A DNA stretch of 64,000 bases. Source: an uncultured Spirochaetales bacterium (lineage in GTDB: Bacteria; UBP6; UBA1177). The DNA is taken from assembly GCA_902774115.1 (NCBI GenBank), contig CACYHH010000001.1:538297-602296 (forward strand), given 5' to 3'. Below are positions 17,893-28,154 of the stretch, one piece after another. Numbering within the stretch: the first letter of the stretch is position 1; every line of letters starts with the position of its first letter. The notes under the pieces were generated by a model that saw only the letters and a program-made list of their open reading frames with translations, did not search any database and was not told where the DNA came from. Position numbers and translations under genes: made by a program.

Positions 17893-19566
17893 TTGAAGTA
17901 TTTGGTCACATCAGCTTTGCCTTATGCGAACGGACCGATCCACCTCGGTCACCTTGCAGGGGCTTACCTTCCCGCCGATGTTTATGTGCGCTATCTCCGC
18001 AATATGCAGAGAGAAGTCGTTTATGTCTGCGGAACGGATGAACACGGTGTCCCGATCACGATCAACGCCGAATCACGCGGCATTACGCCTGAAGACGTTG
18101 TCAGAGAAAACCACGAGCTCATTGCCCGCGGTTTCGAGATGGCGGAAATGTCGTTCGATATATTTTCAGGAACACACAACGATATCGAGAAGGAACTTTC
18201 ACAGGATTTCTTCAAGAGGCTCGATAAAAACGGTTTCATTTCGGTAAGAGACGTCGAACAGTTCTACTGCGAACACGACAAAATGTTCCTCCCCGACCGT
18301 TACGTCGAAGGAACCTGCCCCATCTGCAAGGATCCGGGAGCGCGCGGAGACCAGTGCGACAAATGCGGAAACGCACTTAATTCGCTCGATCTCATCGACC
18401 CGAAATGCAAGATCTGCGGTCAGACTCCGGTGAAGAAAAGCTCGAAACACTGGTTCCTTGACCTCGACAAATTCGAAAAAAGGCTCGATGCGTGGCTTGA
18501 AACGAAGGAAAACTGGAAAAGCAACGTCAAGGCTTTCTGCAAGCAGTGGTTTGAAAGAGGTCTCGAGCCGAGAGGTATCACCCGCGATATCTCCTGGGGC
18601 GTTCCCGTTCCCGTCGAAGGAGCCGAAGGAAAAGTCCTTTACGTATGGTTCGATGCGCCTATCGGTTACATCGCATTCACGAAAGAGCTTTTTGCCAAAA
18701 GAGGCCTCGACGAAAACGAATGGGAAAAATGGTGGAAAGGCGGCGACGACGTCAAACTCATCCACTTCATCGGAAAAGACAACATCGTTTTCCACTCGAT
18801 AATCTGGCCCGCAATGCTCATGGGTCAGGAAGACGGCTGGAAACTTCCCGACGAGATCCCGGCAAACGAATTCCTCAACCTCGAAGGTCAGAAGATCTCC
18901 ACAAGCAGAAACTGGGCGATATGGGTCCACGACTTCCTTGAAAGATTCGACCCCGATTCGGTCAGATTCTACCTTTCGACGATCGCGCCCGAAACAAAAG
19001 ACTCTGACTTCTCCTTCAAAGGTTTCCAGGATGCGAACAACGGAATGCTCGCCGCGATCTACGGCAACTTCGTAAACCGCAACCTCGCCTTCATCAACAA
19101 GTTTTTCAGCGGCAAGATCGAAGGAGAGATCAAATTCTCGGAAGAAGACGACAAAATGTGGGAAGAAGTCGAAAAGGAACTTAAGGAAGTTCTCGACTGC
19201 TACGAAACTTTCCGCGTGAGAGACGCAGCTTTCCACATCATGGAAATAGGAAGAATCGCAAACAAATACTTCGACGCAATGGCTCCGTGGGCACTCAGAA
19301 AGAGCGATCCGGCGCGCTGCAACGGCGTATTTGTCAACTGCCTTAACCTTATCAACACTATCGCAACGGTCATGGAGCCGATAACTCCTGCCGCAAGCAG
19401 AAAAGTCAAACGAATGCTCAATCTGCCTGAAGTGTTTGATTTTACTAAACTTTCTGAACGCGCCATTAAAGATGGCATAAAGCTTGGTGAAGTTGAGATA
19501 CTTTTCGGGATGATCGACGACGAAACTATCGCCGCCGAGAAATCGAGATTAGGCAACAATCATTGA
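17893..19566 (+). CDS. metG: Methionine--tRNA ligase
   Basis: The HIGH motif is PYANGPIHLGHLAG. The zinc knuckle is CPICKDPGARGDQCDKCG. The second class I motif is KMSKS-like (ISTSRN). TTG 17893 is preceded by AAGGAG. The ORF-track start at 17695 is probably an over-extension. Confidence 0.85.
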   Translation: MKYLVTSALPYANGPIHLGHLAGAYLPADVYVRYLRNMQREVVYVCGTDEHGVPITINAESRGITPEDVVRENHELIARGFEMAEMSFDIFSGTHNDIEKELSQDFFKRLDKNGFISVRDVEQFYCEHDKMFLPDRYVEGTCPICKDPGARGDQCDKCGNALNSLDLIDPKCKICGQTPVKKSSKHWFLDLDKFEKRLDAWLETKENWKSNVKAFCKQWFERGLEPRGITRDISWGVPVPVEGAEGKVLYVWFDAPIGYIAFTKELFAKRGLDENEWEKWWKGGDDVKLIHFIGKDNIVFHSIIWPAMLMGQEDGWKLPDEIPANEFLNLEGQKISTSRNWAIWVHDFLERFDPDSVRFYLSTIAPETKDSDFSFKGFQDANNGMLAAIYGNFVNRNLAFINKFFSGKIEGEIKFSEEDDKMWEEVEKELKEVLDCYETFRVRDAAFHIMEIGRIANKYFDAMAPWALRKSDPARCNGVFVNCLNLINTIATVMEPITPAASRKVKRMLNLPEVFDFTKLSERAIKDGIKLGEVEILFGMIDDETIAAEKSRLGNNH

Positions 19567-19658
19567 TACCATAGCTCACATTTTTATTTTTTTGTAAGGC
19601 TGAACTGCACTTATGGGGGTATTTTTGCTTTGCTCACATTTTTTTTGGAGGAAAAATT

Positions 19659-21161
19659 ATGAGTGACAAAATTATTGAGCTCGTCGGAATTTCTAAAGAA
19701 TTCGACGGCGGCACTTTGGCTGTCTCCGATTTCAATCTTCACGTTAACCGTGGAGAATTTGTGACGTTTTTAGGCCCGTCCGGCTGCGGAAAGACGACAA
19801 CGCTGCGCATGATTGCGGGTTTCGAGCTTCCCACGAAGGGAAAGATCCTGCTTGACGGCAAGGATATAACGAATCTTCCGCCCTATCTCAGACCGGTCAA
19901 CACCGTTTTCCAGAGATACGCCCTTTTCCCGCATCTCAATGTTTACGACAACATCGCGTTCGGCCTCAAACTCAAGAAAGTAAAAACTTCGTTCAGAGAT
20001 AAAAACGGGAACATGGTCGAAAGACTGGAGCATCTCAAGAAGTCTGAAATCGACAAAAAAGTCAGCAAGGCACTCCAGATGGTAGATCTCGAGGAATTCG
20101 AGAAAAGAAAAGTCACCACCCTCTCCGGCGGCCAGCAGCAGAGGATCGCAATCGCCCGCGCTATCGTCAACGAGCCAGAAATCCTCCTTCTCGACGAGCC
20201 GCTGGGTGCGCTCGACCTCAAAATGAGAAAGGACATGCAGCTTGAGCTCAAAGATATGCAGAGAAAGCTCGGAATAACCTTCATCTACGTCACGCACGAC
20301 CAGGAAGAAGCCCTCACGATGAGCGACAGGATCGTTGTCATGAAAGACGGCGAAGTTCAGCAGATCGGCACTCCGCAGGATATCTACAACGAACCGACGA
20401 ACGCTTTTGTTGCCGACTTTATCGGCGAAAGCAACATCTACAACGGCACGATTGTCGGCGACAGAAAAGTCCGTTTCATAAACAAAGTTTTCGACTGCGT
20501 TGACGATTTCGAGATCAATGCGAAAGTCGATGTCGTCGTCAGACCTGAAGATGTCGAGATCGTAAAACCGGAAGAAGGAATCGTCTCCGGTCAGATCGTT
20601 TCCTCTATTTTTAAAGGTGTCCACTACGAAATGATCATGATGGTCGGCAAAAGCGAAGTCATGATCCAGTCCACGAAAGAGGTCAAAGTCGGCGATACGA
20701 TCGGAATCCGCGTAAGCCCCGACAATATCCACATCATGAAACGCGACTTCGTTTCGAACGTTTACGACGGCTATATCGACAAAATCAACAAAGTCCACTT
20801 TGCCGAAGGTGCTTTCGAGTGCGATGTCACGCAGCTTTATCCGGGATCTCACCTCGATTCCGAAGGTTATGTCATCACAACGGCCGGTGAAAAGATCGAT
20901 CTCACAAATGTTCCTGTCAGAGTCGAAGTCGGCCTCAAAGATATCGAAATCATCGACAACGACGAAGACGGCGACGCAAAAGGTTCAATAATTTCAATAG
21001 TTTACAAAGGCGACCACTACCAGATCATCATCTGCACCGATGAGGAAGAGGAAGAAATCGTCTGCGACACCGAATACCTCTGGAACGAAAACGACCGTGT
21101 CAGCGTCAAGATCCCGAAGGATAAGATCAAACTTACTTTGAAGGCGGTGGAAAAGAAATGA
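19659..21161 (+). CDS. potA: Spermidine/putrescine ABC transporter ATP-binding protein with extended C-terminal (TOBE-like) domains
   Basis: Walker A is GPSGCGKTT. The signature is [14 protein letters not shown]. Walker B is [11 protein letters not shown]. The 500-aa length is longer than typical. Confidence 0.8.
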   Translation: MSDKIIELVGISKEFDGGTLAVSDFNLHVNRGEFVTFLGPSGCGKTTTLRMIAGFELPTKGKILLDGKDITNLPPYLRPVNTVFQRYALFPHLNVYDNIAFGLKLKKVKTSFRDKNGNMVERLEHLKKSEIDKKVSKALQMVDLEEFEKRKVTTLSGGQQQRIAIARAIVNEPEILLLDEPLGALDLKMRKDMQLELKDMQRKLGITFIYVTHDQEEALTMSDRIVVMKDGEVQQIGTPQDIYNEPTNAFVADFIGESNIYNGTIVGDRKVRFINKVFDCVDDFEINAKVDVVVRPEDVEIVKPEEGIVSGQIVSSIFKGVHYEMIMMVGKSEVMIQSTKEVKVGDTIGIRVSPDNIHIMKRDFVSNVYDGYIDKINKVHFAEGAFECDVTQLYPGSHLDSEGYVITTAGEKIDLTNVPVRVEVGLKDIEIIDNDEDGDAKGSIISIVYKGDHYQIIICTDEEEEEIVCDTEYLWNENDRVSVKIPKDKIKLTLKAVEKK

Positions 21162-22009
21162 ACGGACTGAAATTTTCAAGAAAGCAGCTGGGCATTCCAT
21201 ACGCGGTTTTTCTTATCGCGTTCGTCGTCGTGCCGCTTCTGCTTATAACTTTATATGCTTTCACTAAAAAAGTTCCCGCCGACAAGGCGACTTTCACGAT
21301 TGCGGGCGAATCGGTCTCTTTCGCAGTTTCGAATTTCTCCGACTTTTTCTCGAAATCGGCGAATATCAGAGTCCTTTTCGTAAGTTTCGGATTGGCGATA
21401 ATAACAACGATCGTCAGCCTTTTCATCGCCTATCCCGTCGCATACATCCTTTCGAAGACGAAATTCAACAAAGGCGGCGTTCTCCTTGTCCTTTTCATTC
21501 TTCCGCTATGGATAAATTTCGTTCTCAGAACTGCCGCGATGAAAGAGCTGCTTTACTTCGTCGGCATGTACAAATCGAACAGTTTCAGCTTCATAAACAC
21601 CCTCATCGGCATGGTTTACGACTATCTTCCGTTTGTCATCATGCCGTTATATTCGGTTCTGGTCAAAATCGACAAAAGCTATGCCGAAGCGAGTGCTGAC
21701 CTCGGCGCGAAGCCTGTGACGACCTTCCTTTCGGTCACACTTCCACTTTCAATGCCGGGAATCGTGAGCGCGATATCGATGGTTCTGCTCCCGACGACTA
21801 CAAGCTATGTAATCAGCGATACGCTCGGTAACGGAAACGTTACGATCGTCGGCAAAATAATCGAAACCCAGTTCCTCACGATGGACAACTGGCACGCAGG
21901 AAGCACGATCGCACTTGTTCTTCTCGTAATAATTTTCCTTTCGATGTTCCTCAGCGGCAAATTCACTGAAGCAGAGGACGAAAGCGCAGGGAGGGCTAAC
22001 TTATGGTAA
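21158..22009 (+). CDS. potB: Spermidine/putrescine ABC transporter permease
   Basis: A polytopic membrane protein with an EAA-like loop ([20 protein letters not shown]). It is translationally coupled to potA. Confidence 0.75.
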   Translation: MNGLKFSRKQLGIPYAVFLIAFVVVPLLLITLYAFTKKVPADKATFTIAGESVSFAVSNFSDFFSKSANIRVLFVSFGLAIITTIVSLFIAYPVAYILSKTKFNKGGVLLVLFILPLWINFVLRTAAMKELLYFVGMYKSNSFSFINTLIGMVYDYLPFVIMPLYSVLVKIDKSYAEASADLGAKPVTTFLSVTLPLSMPGIVSAISMVLLPTTTSYVISDTLGNGNVTIVGKIIETQFLTMDNWHAGSTIALVLLVIIFLSMFLSGKFTEAEDESAGRANLW

Positions 22010-22806
22010 AGAAAATAATCGGCGGAAGCTACATAACTCTGGTTCTTTTCCTTCTCTACGCCCCTATCCTTCTCCTTTTCGTTTACAGTTTCAATATGTC
22101 GCGTGAAATAGGGATCTGGTCTCCGGAATGGGGTTTTGACCTTTACTACAAACTCTGGAGCAATACCGACCTCATGGAAACGGTCGTCAACACGATCGTT
22201 CTCGCACTTGCTGCGGGCTTCATTTCGACAGTTCTCGGCACAATGGGCGCAATCGGAATGTTCTATTCGAGCCGTCGCGTCAACAGAACGATGAATGAAC
22301 TCACCAAAATTCCGATAATAAACGCGGAAGTCGTCACGGCCATATCGATCGCCCTCATCTGCACGATGTTCGGTTTCGGAAGGTCGTACGCGTCGCTTCT
22401 TATCGGACATGTAGTCCTCACCGTTCCGTTCGTCGTCCTTTCGGTCATTCCGAAACTCAAACAGATGGACAACAACCTTTACGAAGCAGTACTTGACCTC
22501 GGCGCAACTCCGACAAAGGCAATTTTCCTCATAGTTATTCCGGAAATTCTCCCCGGAATCATTTCGGGCTTCCTGCTCGCGATAAACATTTCGCTTGACG
22601 ACTACATCATCACGAGTTTCACGAAACCTTCGACTTTCAAGACGATTTCGACTTATGTCTACGATGCCTACGCAAAGGGCGGAAAAAGCTCTTCCGTTCC
22701 AGCGCTCAGGGCTCTGTTTGCGATAATTTTTGTCGTAATGATCGCGTATGTGGTCATTCATTCTTTTATACAATCAAGAAAATCTAGACTGGAGGGGTCA
22801 AGATGA
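22003..22806 (+). CDS. potC: Spermidine/putrescine ABC transporter permease
   Basis: A membrane protein with an EAA loop (YEAVLDLGATPTKAIFLIVIP). Overlapping start. Confidence 0.75.
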   Translation: MVKKIIGGSYITLVLFLLYAPILLLFVYSFNMSREIGIWSPEWGFDLYYKLWSNTDLMETVVNTIVLALAAGFISTVLGTMGAIGMFYSSRRVNRTMNELTKIPIINAEVVTAISIALICTMFGFGRSYASLLIGHVVLTVPFVVLSVIPKLKQMDNNLYEAVLDLGATPTKAIFLIVIPEILPGIISGFLLAINISLDDYIITSFTKPSTFKTISTYVYDAYAKGGKSSSVPALRALFAIIFVVMIAYVVIHSFIQSRKSRLEGSR

Positions 22807-24515
22807 AGAAATTTTTTGCACTTTTTCTTTCTTTTTCACTTTTGTTCAGCCTTCTCCCGCTTTTCGGCGAAGGCGACGTTGTGGAACTCAGGGTCTACAA
22901 CTGGGAAGATTACATCTCTATCGATGACGGCAGCGGCGAAAGCGTTGATTTGATTAAGAAATTCGAACAGCACTGCAAAGAAAAGTTCGGTCTTAACGTC
23001 AAAGTAAAATACTCGACTTTCGGAACGCTCGAAAATATGTACAACGAGCTTCAGCTCACCAAGACAAAAGCTGAAGACGGCTCCTACACCTACGCTTACG
23101 ACCTTGTATGCCCGTCCGACTACATGCTTCAGAAGATGATAATCGAAGGAATGGTCGAAAAATACGACTACACCATCGAAGAAGGAAAACTCGGCCATGT
23201 CAACGGCTACTATGACAACGCTTCGAAATTCATCGTTGACCTTTTCAAAAAATTCGGCTGGCAGGATTATGCGACCGTTTACATGTGGGGAACGATGGGT
23301 TATGTCTACAATCCGGCAGTTTTCGAGAAACTTCCCGGCTACAAAAAAGGTGACGAAACTCACTGGGATTTCATCTGGAAGGAATACGCGAAGAACCTCG
23401 GAACGATCAAGGATTCGATCCGCGACACCTACGCCCTTGCACTCGGATACGTCTACAGAGACGAACTCACAGAACTTGCAAAAAGTTTCAAGGCCGGCTC
23501 GCTCACGAAAGACCAGTATGCCGACAAACTCGTCGCCCTTTTCAACAGAGCCGACGAAGAATCGGTAAAGAAAGTCGAAGAAGCACTTTCAGTCCTCAAG
23601 GAAAACATCTACGGATTCGAAGTCGACAGCGGCAAAAAGGACATGGCTACCGGAAAAATCGCGATCAACTTCGCATGGAGCGGCGACGCTGTCTACACTC
23701 TTGACACCGCTGACGAAGACGAAAACGGCGCGGAACTCTACTACGCAGTTCCCGAAGAAGGCAGCAACATCTGGTTCGACGGCTGGGTAATGCCCAAAGG
23801 CGCTAACGTTCCTCTTGCACAGGAGTTCATCAACTTCCTTTCGCAGCCCGAAAACGCAAAGGCGAACATGGATTACATCGGCTACACCAGCGCTATCGGC
23901 GGCGAAGAGATGTTTGAAAACTGCGTAGAGAACTACGGAACCTACATCATGGTCGAATGCGAAGCTCCGAAAGAAGGCGAAGCTGAAAAAGCTGAAGAAA
24001 AACCTGCCGAAGGCGAAGAAGAGGAAGAAGAAGCAAAACCCTTCCTCGACAAAGAAAGCGGCAAATACTACTGCGACAAATATGTCGGAGAGCTCAGCGA
24101 AGAAGAACTCAACAAATTCAAAAACGCTGACGGCACCTACCACTTCCTCTACCCCGACTACGACAAGGACGACAACGTAACGGGAATGCACAAAGAAGAG
24201 AACGTCACCCTTTACAAAAACGACCTCAACTACTTCTTTGCGAACAAAACCACCGACGCTGCAGAAGAAAAGAAAGATTTCACAGTCATCACCGATGTTA
24301 TCGGCAGACAGTGCTCCGCTCAGTATCCGACCGAAGACATCGTTTCACGCTGCGCAATCATGAAATATTTCGATGATACCGAAATGCGCCGCCTCAACGA
24401 CATGTGGGACGAAGTCAAAGTCTCATCATCCGGCATGTCGATGGTAATTCCCGTCATCATCGTAGTTCTCACCTGCCTCGTTTTCGCAATAGTCGCGATA
24501 ATGAAGAGAAGATAG
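22803..24515 (+). CDS. potD: PotD-like polyamine-binding protein with a ~200-aa C-terminal extension, an acidic linker and a C-terminal transmembrane anchor
   Basis: A signal peptide is followed by a PotD-like binding domain (VYNWEDYI...). Then come EKAEEKPAEGEEEEEEAKP and a terminal hydrophobic helix MSMVIPVIIVVLTCLVFAIVAIMKRR. Confidence 0.7.
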   Translation: MKKFFALFLSFSLLFSLLPLFGEGDVVELRVYNWEDYISIDDGSGESVDLIKKFEQHCKEKFGLNVKVKYSTFGTLENMYNELQLTKTKAEDGSYTYAYDLVCPSDYMLQKMIIEGMVEKYDYTIEEGKLGHVNGYYDNASKFIVDLFKKFGWQDYATVYMWGTMGYVYNPAVFEKLPGYKKGDETHWDFIWKEYAKNLGTIKDSIRDTYALALGYVYRDELTELAKSFKAGSLTKDQYADKLVALFNRADEESVKKVEEALSVLKENIYGFEVDSGKKDMATGKIAINFAWSGDAVYTLDTADEDENGAELYYAVPEEGSNIWFDGWVMPKGANVPLAQEFINFLSQPENAKANMDYIGYTSAIGGEEMFENCVENYGTYIMVECEAPKEGEAEKAEEKPAEGEEEEEEAKPFLDKESGKYYCDKYVGELSEEELNKFKNADGTYHFLYPDYDKDDNVTGMHKEENVTLYKNDLNYFFANKTTDAAEEKKDFTVITDVIGRQCSAQYPTEDIVSRCAIMKYFDDTEMRRLNDMWDEVKVSSSGMSMVIPVIIVVLTCLVFAIVAIMKRR

Positions 24516-24518
24516 GAT
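24491..24518. repeat. Direct repeat copy A (GTCGCGATAATGAAGAGAAGATAGGATC), the 3-prime end of potD including its stop
   Basis: It matches 25689-25716 at 25 of 28 positions. Both copies encode VAIMKRR-stop. Confidence 0.8.
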
Positions 24519-24523
24519 CGAAT

Positions 24524-25645
24524 TTATACCGACGGCGTTATAAATACACGCCAGAATCCTTTGTCATCCTTTTCGATGTAGCCGTTTTTCTGCAAAGTTT
24601 GCAGCATTTTCTGGAGAGCCGAACGGTTTATTCCGATTTCATTCTGCAAATATGACAAGGTGGCCTTTGCTTCGATCTGAAGCTCGCGGAGAATCTTCCC
24701 GTAAGTCGGGGTTCTGAAAGCTATGCGCTCGCCGTCATACCACCATACATTTTCATTTTTTTCTGTTACAAAAAGAATGTCGTTTTCGACTTCGTGCGTT
24801 ATCAGATCGACCATGTATTTGTGGAACGGCCGGATGCTTTTCAAAGAAGCGCGGACTCCGTCTGAAGTTACCGGACCGACTATCAGATCAGCGCGATGCA
24901 GTGCATCAAGATACTCCTGTTTCAGGCGGCTGCGCACAACAATAATCGGCAGACCGTGCCTTGAAAGAATATAATTGACCAGGAGCCTTGCGATACGCCC
25001 GTTACCGTCCTCAAACGGGTGAATACGGATATATCTGTAATGGAATAAAATTGCGAGATCTATCGGTGAAAATGATCCATCTTGTTCCACATCGTTATAC
25101 CAGTCCACCAGATCAGCCATGAGTGCCGGAGTTTCTTCAGGCGTTGCATAGTCAAAACGCTCGCCGTAACGGGTTATAACGCTGTTCGGACGGGTTTTGT
25201 ACTGCCCGGCATGAACGGTATAACTCGCCGGCAGTCCGCCAGGAAGAGTGCTGGCAACAGTGTAATCCTCTCGTATCAGAGTTTTGTGCAGAGCACGGAT
25301 AAAGTTTTGTGTGAGCGGCTGCTTATCCGACGCCTCTTTCAACATCATTTTCAAGCCTATATCGCTTGCTTTCATCTCTTCGTATTCATGAAAATCCGCC
25401 GTGCCGATCACTTTATCAAACAGCAGAAGCAGTTCTGTCTGCCCGTAAGTGAGCGTGTTACCTTCAATGTGGTTGCTGTTGTAGTTGAAGTCTACTGTAA
25501 AGCGGCGGCTCAGCCTCCCTTTGTCAATTTCAGACAGCGGCTGCAGGTTTTGCCATTTTTCCAAGACCGCCGAAAGTTTTCTGTTTTCCATAGAATTCTC
25601 CAAAACCACCAAATTCGGTGGTAATGTTACCACCAAAAATGACAA
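24524..25645 (-). CDS. Fic-family protein (canonical HPFEDGNGR motif) with a C-terminal winged-helix domain
   Basis: HPFEDGNGRIARLL is the exact Fic motif. The N-terminus carries an SxxxEG-type motif (SNHIEGNTL). It is flanked by the 28-bp direct repeats. Confidence 0.8.
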   Translation of the reverse strand: MSFLVVTLPPNLVVLENSMENRKLSAVLEKWQNLQPLSEIDKGRLSRRFTVDFNYNSNHIEGNTLTYGQTELLLLFDKVIGTADFHEYEEMKASDIGLKMMLKEASDKQPLTQNFIRALHKTLIREDYTVASTLPGGLPASYTVHAGQYKTRPNSVITRYGERFDYATPEETPALMADLVDWYNDVEQDGSFSPIDLAILFHYRYIRIHPFEDGNGRIARLLVNYILSRHGLPIIVVRSRLKQEYLDALHRADLIVGPVTSDGVRASLKSIRPFHKYMVDLITHEVENDILFVTEKNENVWWYDGERIAFRTPTYGKILRELQIEAKATLSYLQNEIGINRSALQKMLQTLQKNGYIEKDDKGFWRVFITPSV

Positions 25646-25688
25646 AAAACAAGATCTTCACTTAGAAAAATACGGATTTTTTGTTTCC

Positions 25689-25716
25689 GTCGCTATTATG
25701 AAGAGAAGATAAGATC
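25689..25716. repeat. Direct repeat copy B (GTCGCTATTATGAAGAGAAGATAAGATC)
   Basis: A duplicate of the potD 3-prime end with synonymous differences. It overlaps the stop of the convergent glycosyltransferase gene. Confidence 0.8.
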
Positions 25717-26434
25717 AGTCTTTTTTGATTCTGATATTCCAGAAAAGATAAGCCAAGTTTGAGAGAACTTTCGGGACTCTTTTGATCAAATTGATTGAAG
25801 GAGCTCGTTTTTCATCGAGAGAAACGGGAACTTCGGCAATCTTTATTCCGGCACGCTCGGCCCTGATGACGAATTCACTTGCAAAAATGTCTTTGCCGAC
25901 AAGACATTTCTCCATAACCGGCATGAGAGGCTCTTTGACGAAGGCTTTCACGCCGTGGGTATCAGTTCCTTTGAGCCCGAGAAGAATTTTCAGCATCATG
26001 TTGAGGATGAATGTCGCGAACCTGCGTCCGAGAGGTCTCTGGTCGTTGGCACCCTTCGCCCTTTTCGAGCCGACAACCATCTCCGCCCTGCCCTCTTTAA
26101 AAATTTTGAGTGCGTCTCTGTAGAACTCGGGAAGGCACAAATCTATCTCGTCACAGACAACGATCTCCCCTTTCGCGCGGCGTATCCCCGCCTGAAGCGC
26201 AAGCCCGTAGTCAGGTTCCGGGTGATGGAAAATCGTTACAAAAGAATCGTGTTTCGAGAGTTCCTCACCTTTTGCCAAAGTATTGTCTTTGCTTCCGTTT
26301 TCGGCAAGAATCAGCTCAAAATCGAAATCTTCCGCAAATTCGGAAAGAGTTGTCTTCAGATTTTCGACAGCCGACTCAAGAATTTTTTCTTCGTTGTAAA
26401 CCGGAATAACAATCGAAACCAGTTTTTTCGACAT
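25715..26434 (-). CDS. Family 2 glycosyltransferase (dolichyl/polyprenyl-phosphate sugar transferase-like)
   Basis: The N-terminus VSIVIPVYNEE is followed by the GT2 fold. 239 aa. Confidence 0.75.
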   Translation of the reverse strand: MSKKLVSIVIPVYNEEKILESAVENLKTTLSEFAEDFDFELILAENGSKDNTLAKGEELSKHDSFVTIFHHPEPDYGLALQAGIRRAKGEIVVCDEIDLCLPEFYRDALKIFKEGRAEMVVGSKRAKGANDQRPLGRRFATFILNMMLKILLGLKGTDTHGVKAFVKEPLMPVMEKCLVGKDIFASEFVIRAERAGIKIAEVPVSLDEKRAPSINLIKRVPKVLSNLAYLFWNIRIKKD

Positions 26435-26785
26435 TTTAGACCTCCGATAAAAACATCGCGCAGAAATATATTTTACCTCTTAAAAGAGTCAAATTTTATC
26501 ATTTGATTCGGTGATAATAAATAACGCGCTCTCTTCTAAATTTATACAAACGCGATTTCATAAAATATAAAATATTGCCTTTTATCCGCTTTTTATAAGC
26601 TATTTGACGTTTATCCGATTGAGAAAAAAATTACTATAGTAAATTTTTGTTTACTTTTTATATTTTCTATATTAGATTCCCGCTGTTTTGGTTTGGCATA
26701 ACTTATTGTTCTTTACAAAAAGAATTTTTGGTAACAATAATGTCGAACGGGTTTTAGTTTAATTTTATTAACCAAGGGGGTAACA

Positions 26786-27322
26786 ATGAAAGAAAGCATC
26801 AAAAACAAAATCATCGAAAAGGCAAGAGACCTTCTTTTCAGATCATCTGAAGAAGACATCACGATGAATCTCATCGCAAAAGAACTCGGCATCACGGCTC
26901 CGACGCTTTATCATTATTTCAAAGGTAAAGACGAGCTTATCGCAGCTGCTCAGGCTCTGGTAACGACAGAAATCAACGCGATCATATCTCTCAAGTTCCC
27001 GCCTTCAATTCCGGCAGAAATGAAGATTTTGACGACTTCGGGGCAGATTGCGGAATACTTCATGAAGACAGATGTTCCGCCTTTCTATCTTATCGAAGAT
27101 CCGAAAGACAGACCTGTTCTTCTTAAAGAGTTCAGAGAGAAATTCGCTGCAATGTTTGATGCTTATGTAAAAACCAGAAAAGGTTTCAAACTTTCTTCGC
27201 AGCATGCAATGTACCGTTATCTCGGTCTCATGGCTGCCGATATTCTCAACTGCAAAAACACCGGTTCAAAACTTCCTGAAGATTTCGCAGAAATTATTTT
27301 CGGAATCGTTTTCAACAGCTAA
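26786..27322 (+). CDS. TetR/AcrR-family transcriptional regulator
   Basis: The N-terminal HTH is NLIAKELGITAPTLYHYFKGKDELI. Confidence 0.75.
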   Translation: MKESIKNKIIEKARDLLFRSSEEDITMNLIAKELGITAPTLYHYFKGKDELIAAAQALVTTEINAIISLKFPPSIPAEMKILTTSGQIAEYFMKTDVPPFYLIEDPKDRPVLLKEFREKFAAMFDAYVKTRKGFKLSSQHAMYRYLGLMAADILNCKNTGSKLPEDFAEIIFGIVFNS

Positions 27323-27323
27323 C

Positions 27324-28154
27324 TTATTTTAATCCGCCTATAATTTTCCAATTTCCGTCATCAGCTTTTTTCAGTGAAATAACTTCCTGCTGATTTTCGA
27401 GTTTTTCTGAAACCCCGCCCTCTTTCGTTTTGAAAGCGAGATCAAAATATTGAATGACTTCGGCATTTTTTTCATCCGTGGAAACCGAAAGCAGCTTTCT
27501 CCCTTTCAAGGCATAATTTATGTCGGAAAACACTTCGGCGTTTTCTTTGAAATCCGACAAAAGCTCTTCTCTTGCAGAAAAATCTTTGTGAATAACGCTT
27601 TCAAAAAGCTGAAAATCTTTGTTTGAAAGTGCGGTTTTTCTTGTATCGAGCGGATGAAAAATATCGTAGACAAGCTGCGGAGCGATTTTTCTGCCGCTAT
27701 CCTTTATTTCTTCGATATTATCGATTTTCCAGCCGATTTTTTCTTTGACAAGCGTCACTTTTTCAAGTCTTCCCAAAAGCATGGTCGCGGCGGGATCTTC
27801 CGGAGTTTTGAACAAAAGATCAAAATCGACTAAAGCTGAGGCTTTTTTCGTCAGCGGATTGTAAGATGTAAAATTGATTGAATTTATTGAGTAATCATAT
27901 TCGGTAAAATAAAAATGTCTGTACTTTAGCTGATCCAGATATTCTTTGCGGTTCGGAAAACTGTCGGTCATTATTACAGACAGCTTGTTCGTCAGACCTT
28001 TATTTGAAAGACCTTCCCTTATTTCGAGGATTTTGACAGCATCTTTTTTCTCTTCTTCCGGCAGAGAACAAGCAGTAAAAAAAAGTGACGATACCAATAT
28101 TGTAAAAAACAAGCGGCTGATTTTATTCATCATTTTTATTTTCCGTTCCTTCAT
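27324..28154 (-). CDS. Hypothetical lipoprotein
   Basis: It has a signal peptide with the lipobox LFFTAC. There is no recognisable catalytic motif. Confidence 0.5.
   Translation of the reverse strand: MKERKIKMMNKISRLFFTILVSSLFFTACSLPEEEKKDAVKILEIREGLSNKGLTNKLSVIMTDSFPNRKEYLDQLKYRHFYFTEYDYSINSINFTSYNPLTKKASALVDFDLLFKTPEDPAATMLLGRLEKVTLVKEKIGWKIDNIEEIKDSGRKIAPQLVYDIFHPLDTRKTALSNKDFQLFESVIHKDFSAREELLSDFKENAEVFSDINYALKGRKLLSVSTDEKNAEVIQYFDLAFKTKEGGVSEKLENQQEVISLKKADDGNWKIIGGLK

Noticed and set aside
19770-20852. 360-aa minus-strand ORF antisense to potA, with similar long antisense ORFs inside uvrA-like, metG, gltX, kbl, eno and clpA
   Set aside because: They lie fully inside well-supported genes on the opposite strand and have no motifs. 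They are typical shadow ORFs.
25485-25712. 75-aa plus-strand ORF ending ...VAIMKRR
   Set aside because: Only its last ~8 codons are meaningful, and they belong to the duplicated potD 3-prime end. The rest is an out-of-frame reading across the Fic gene upstream region.
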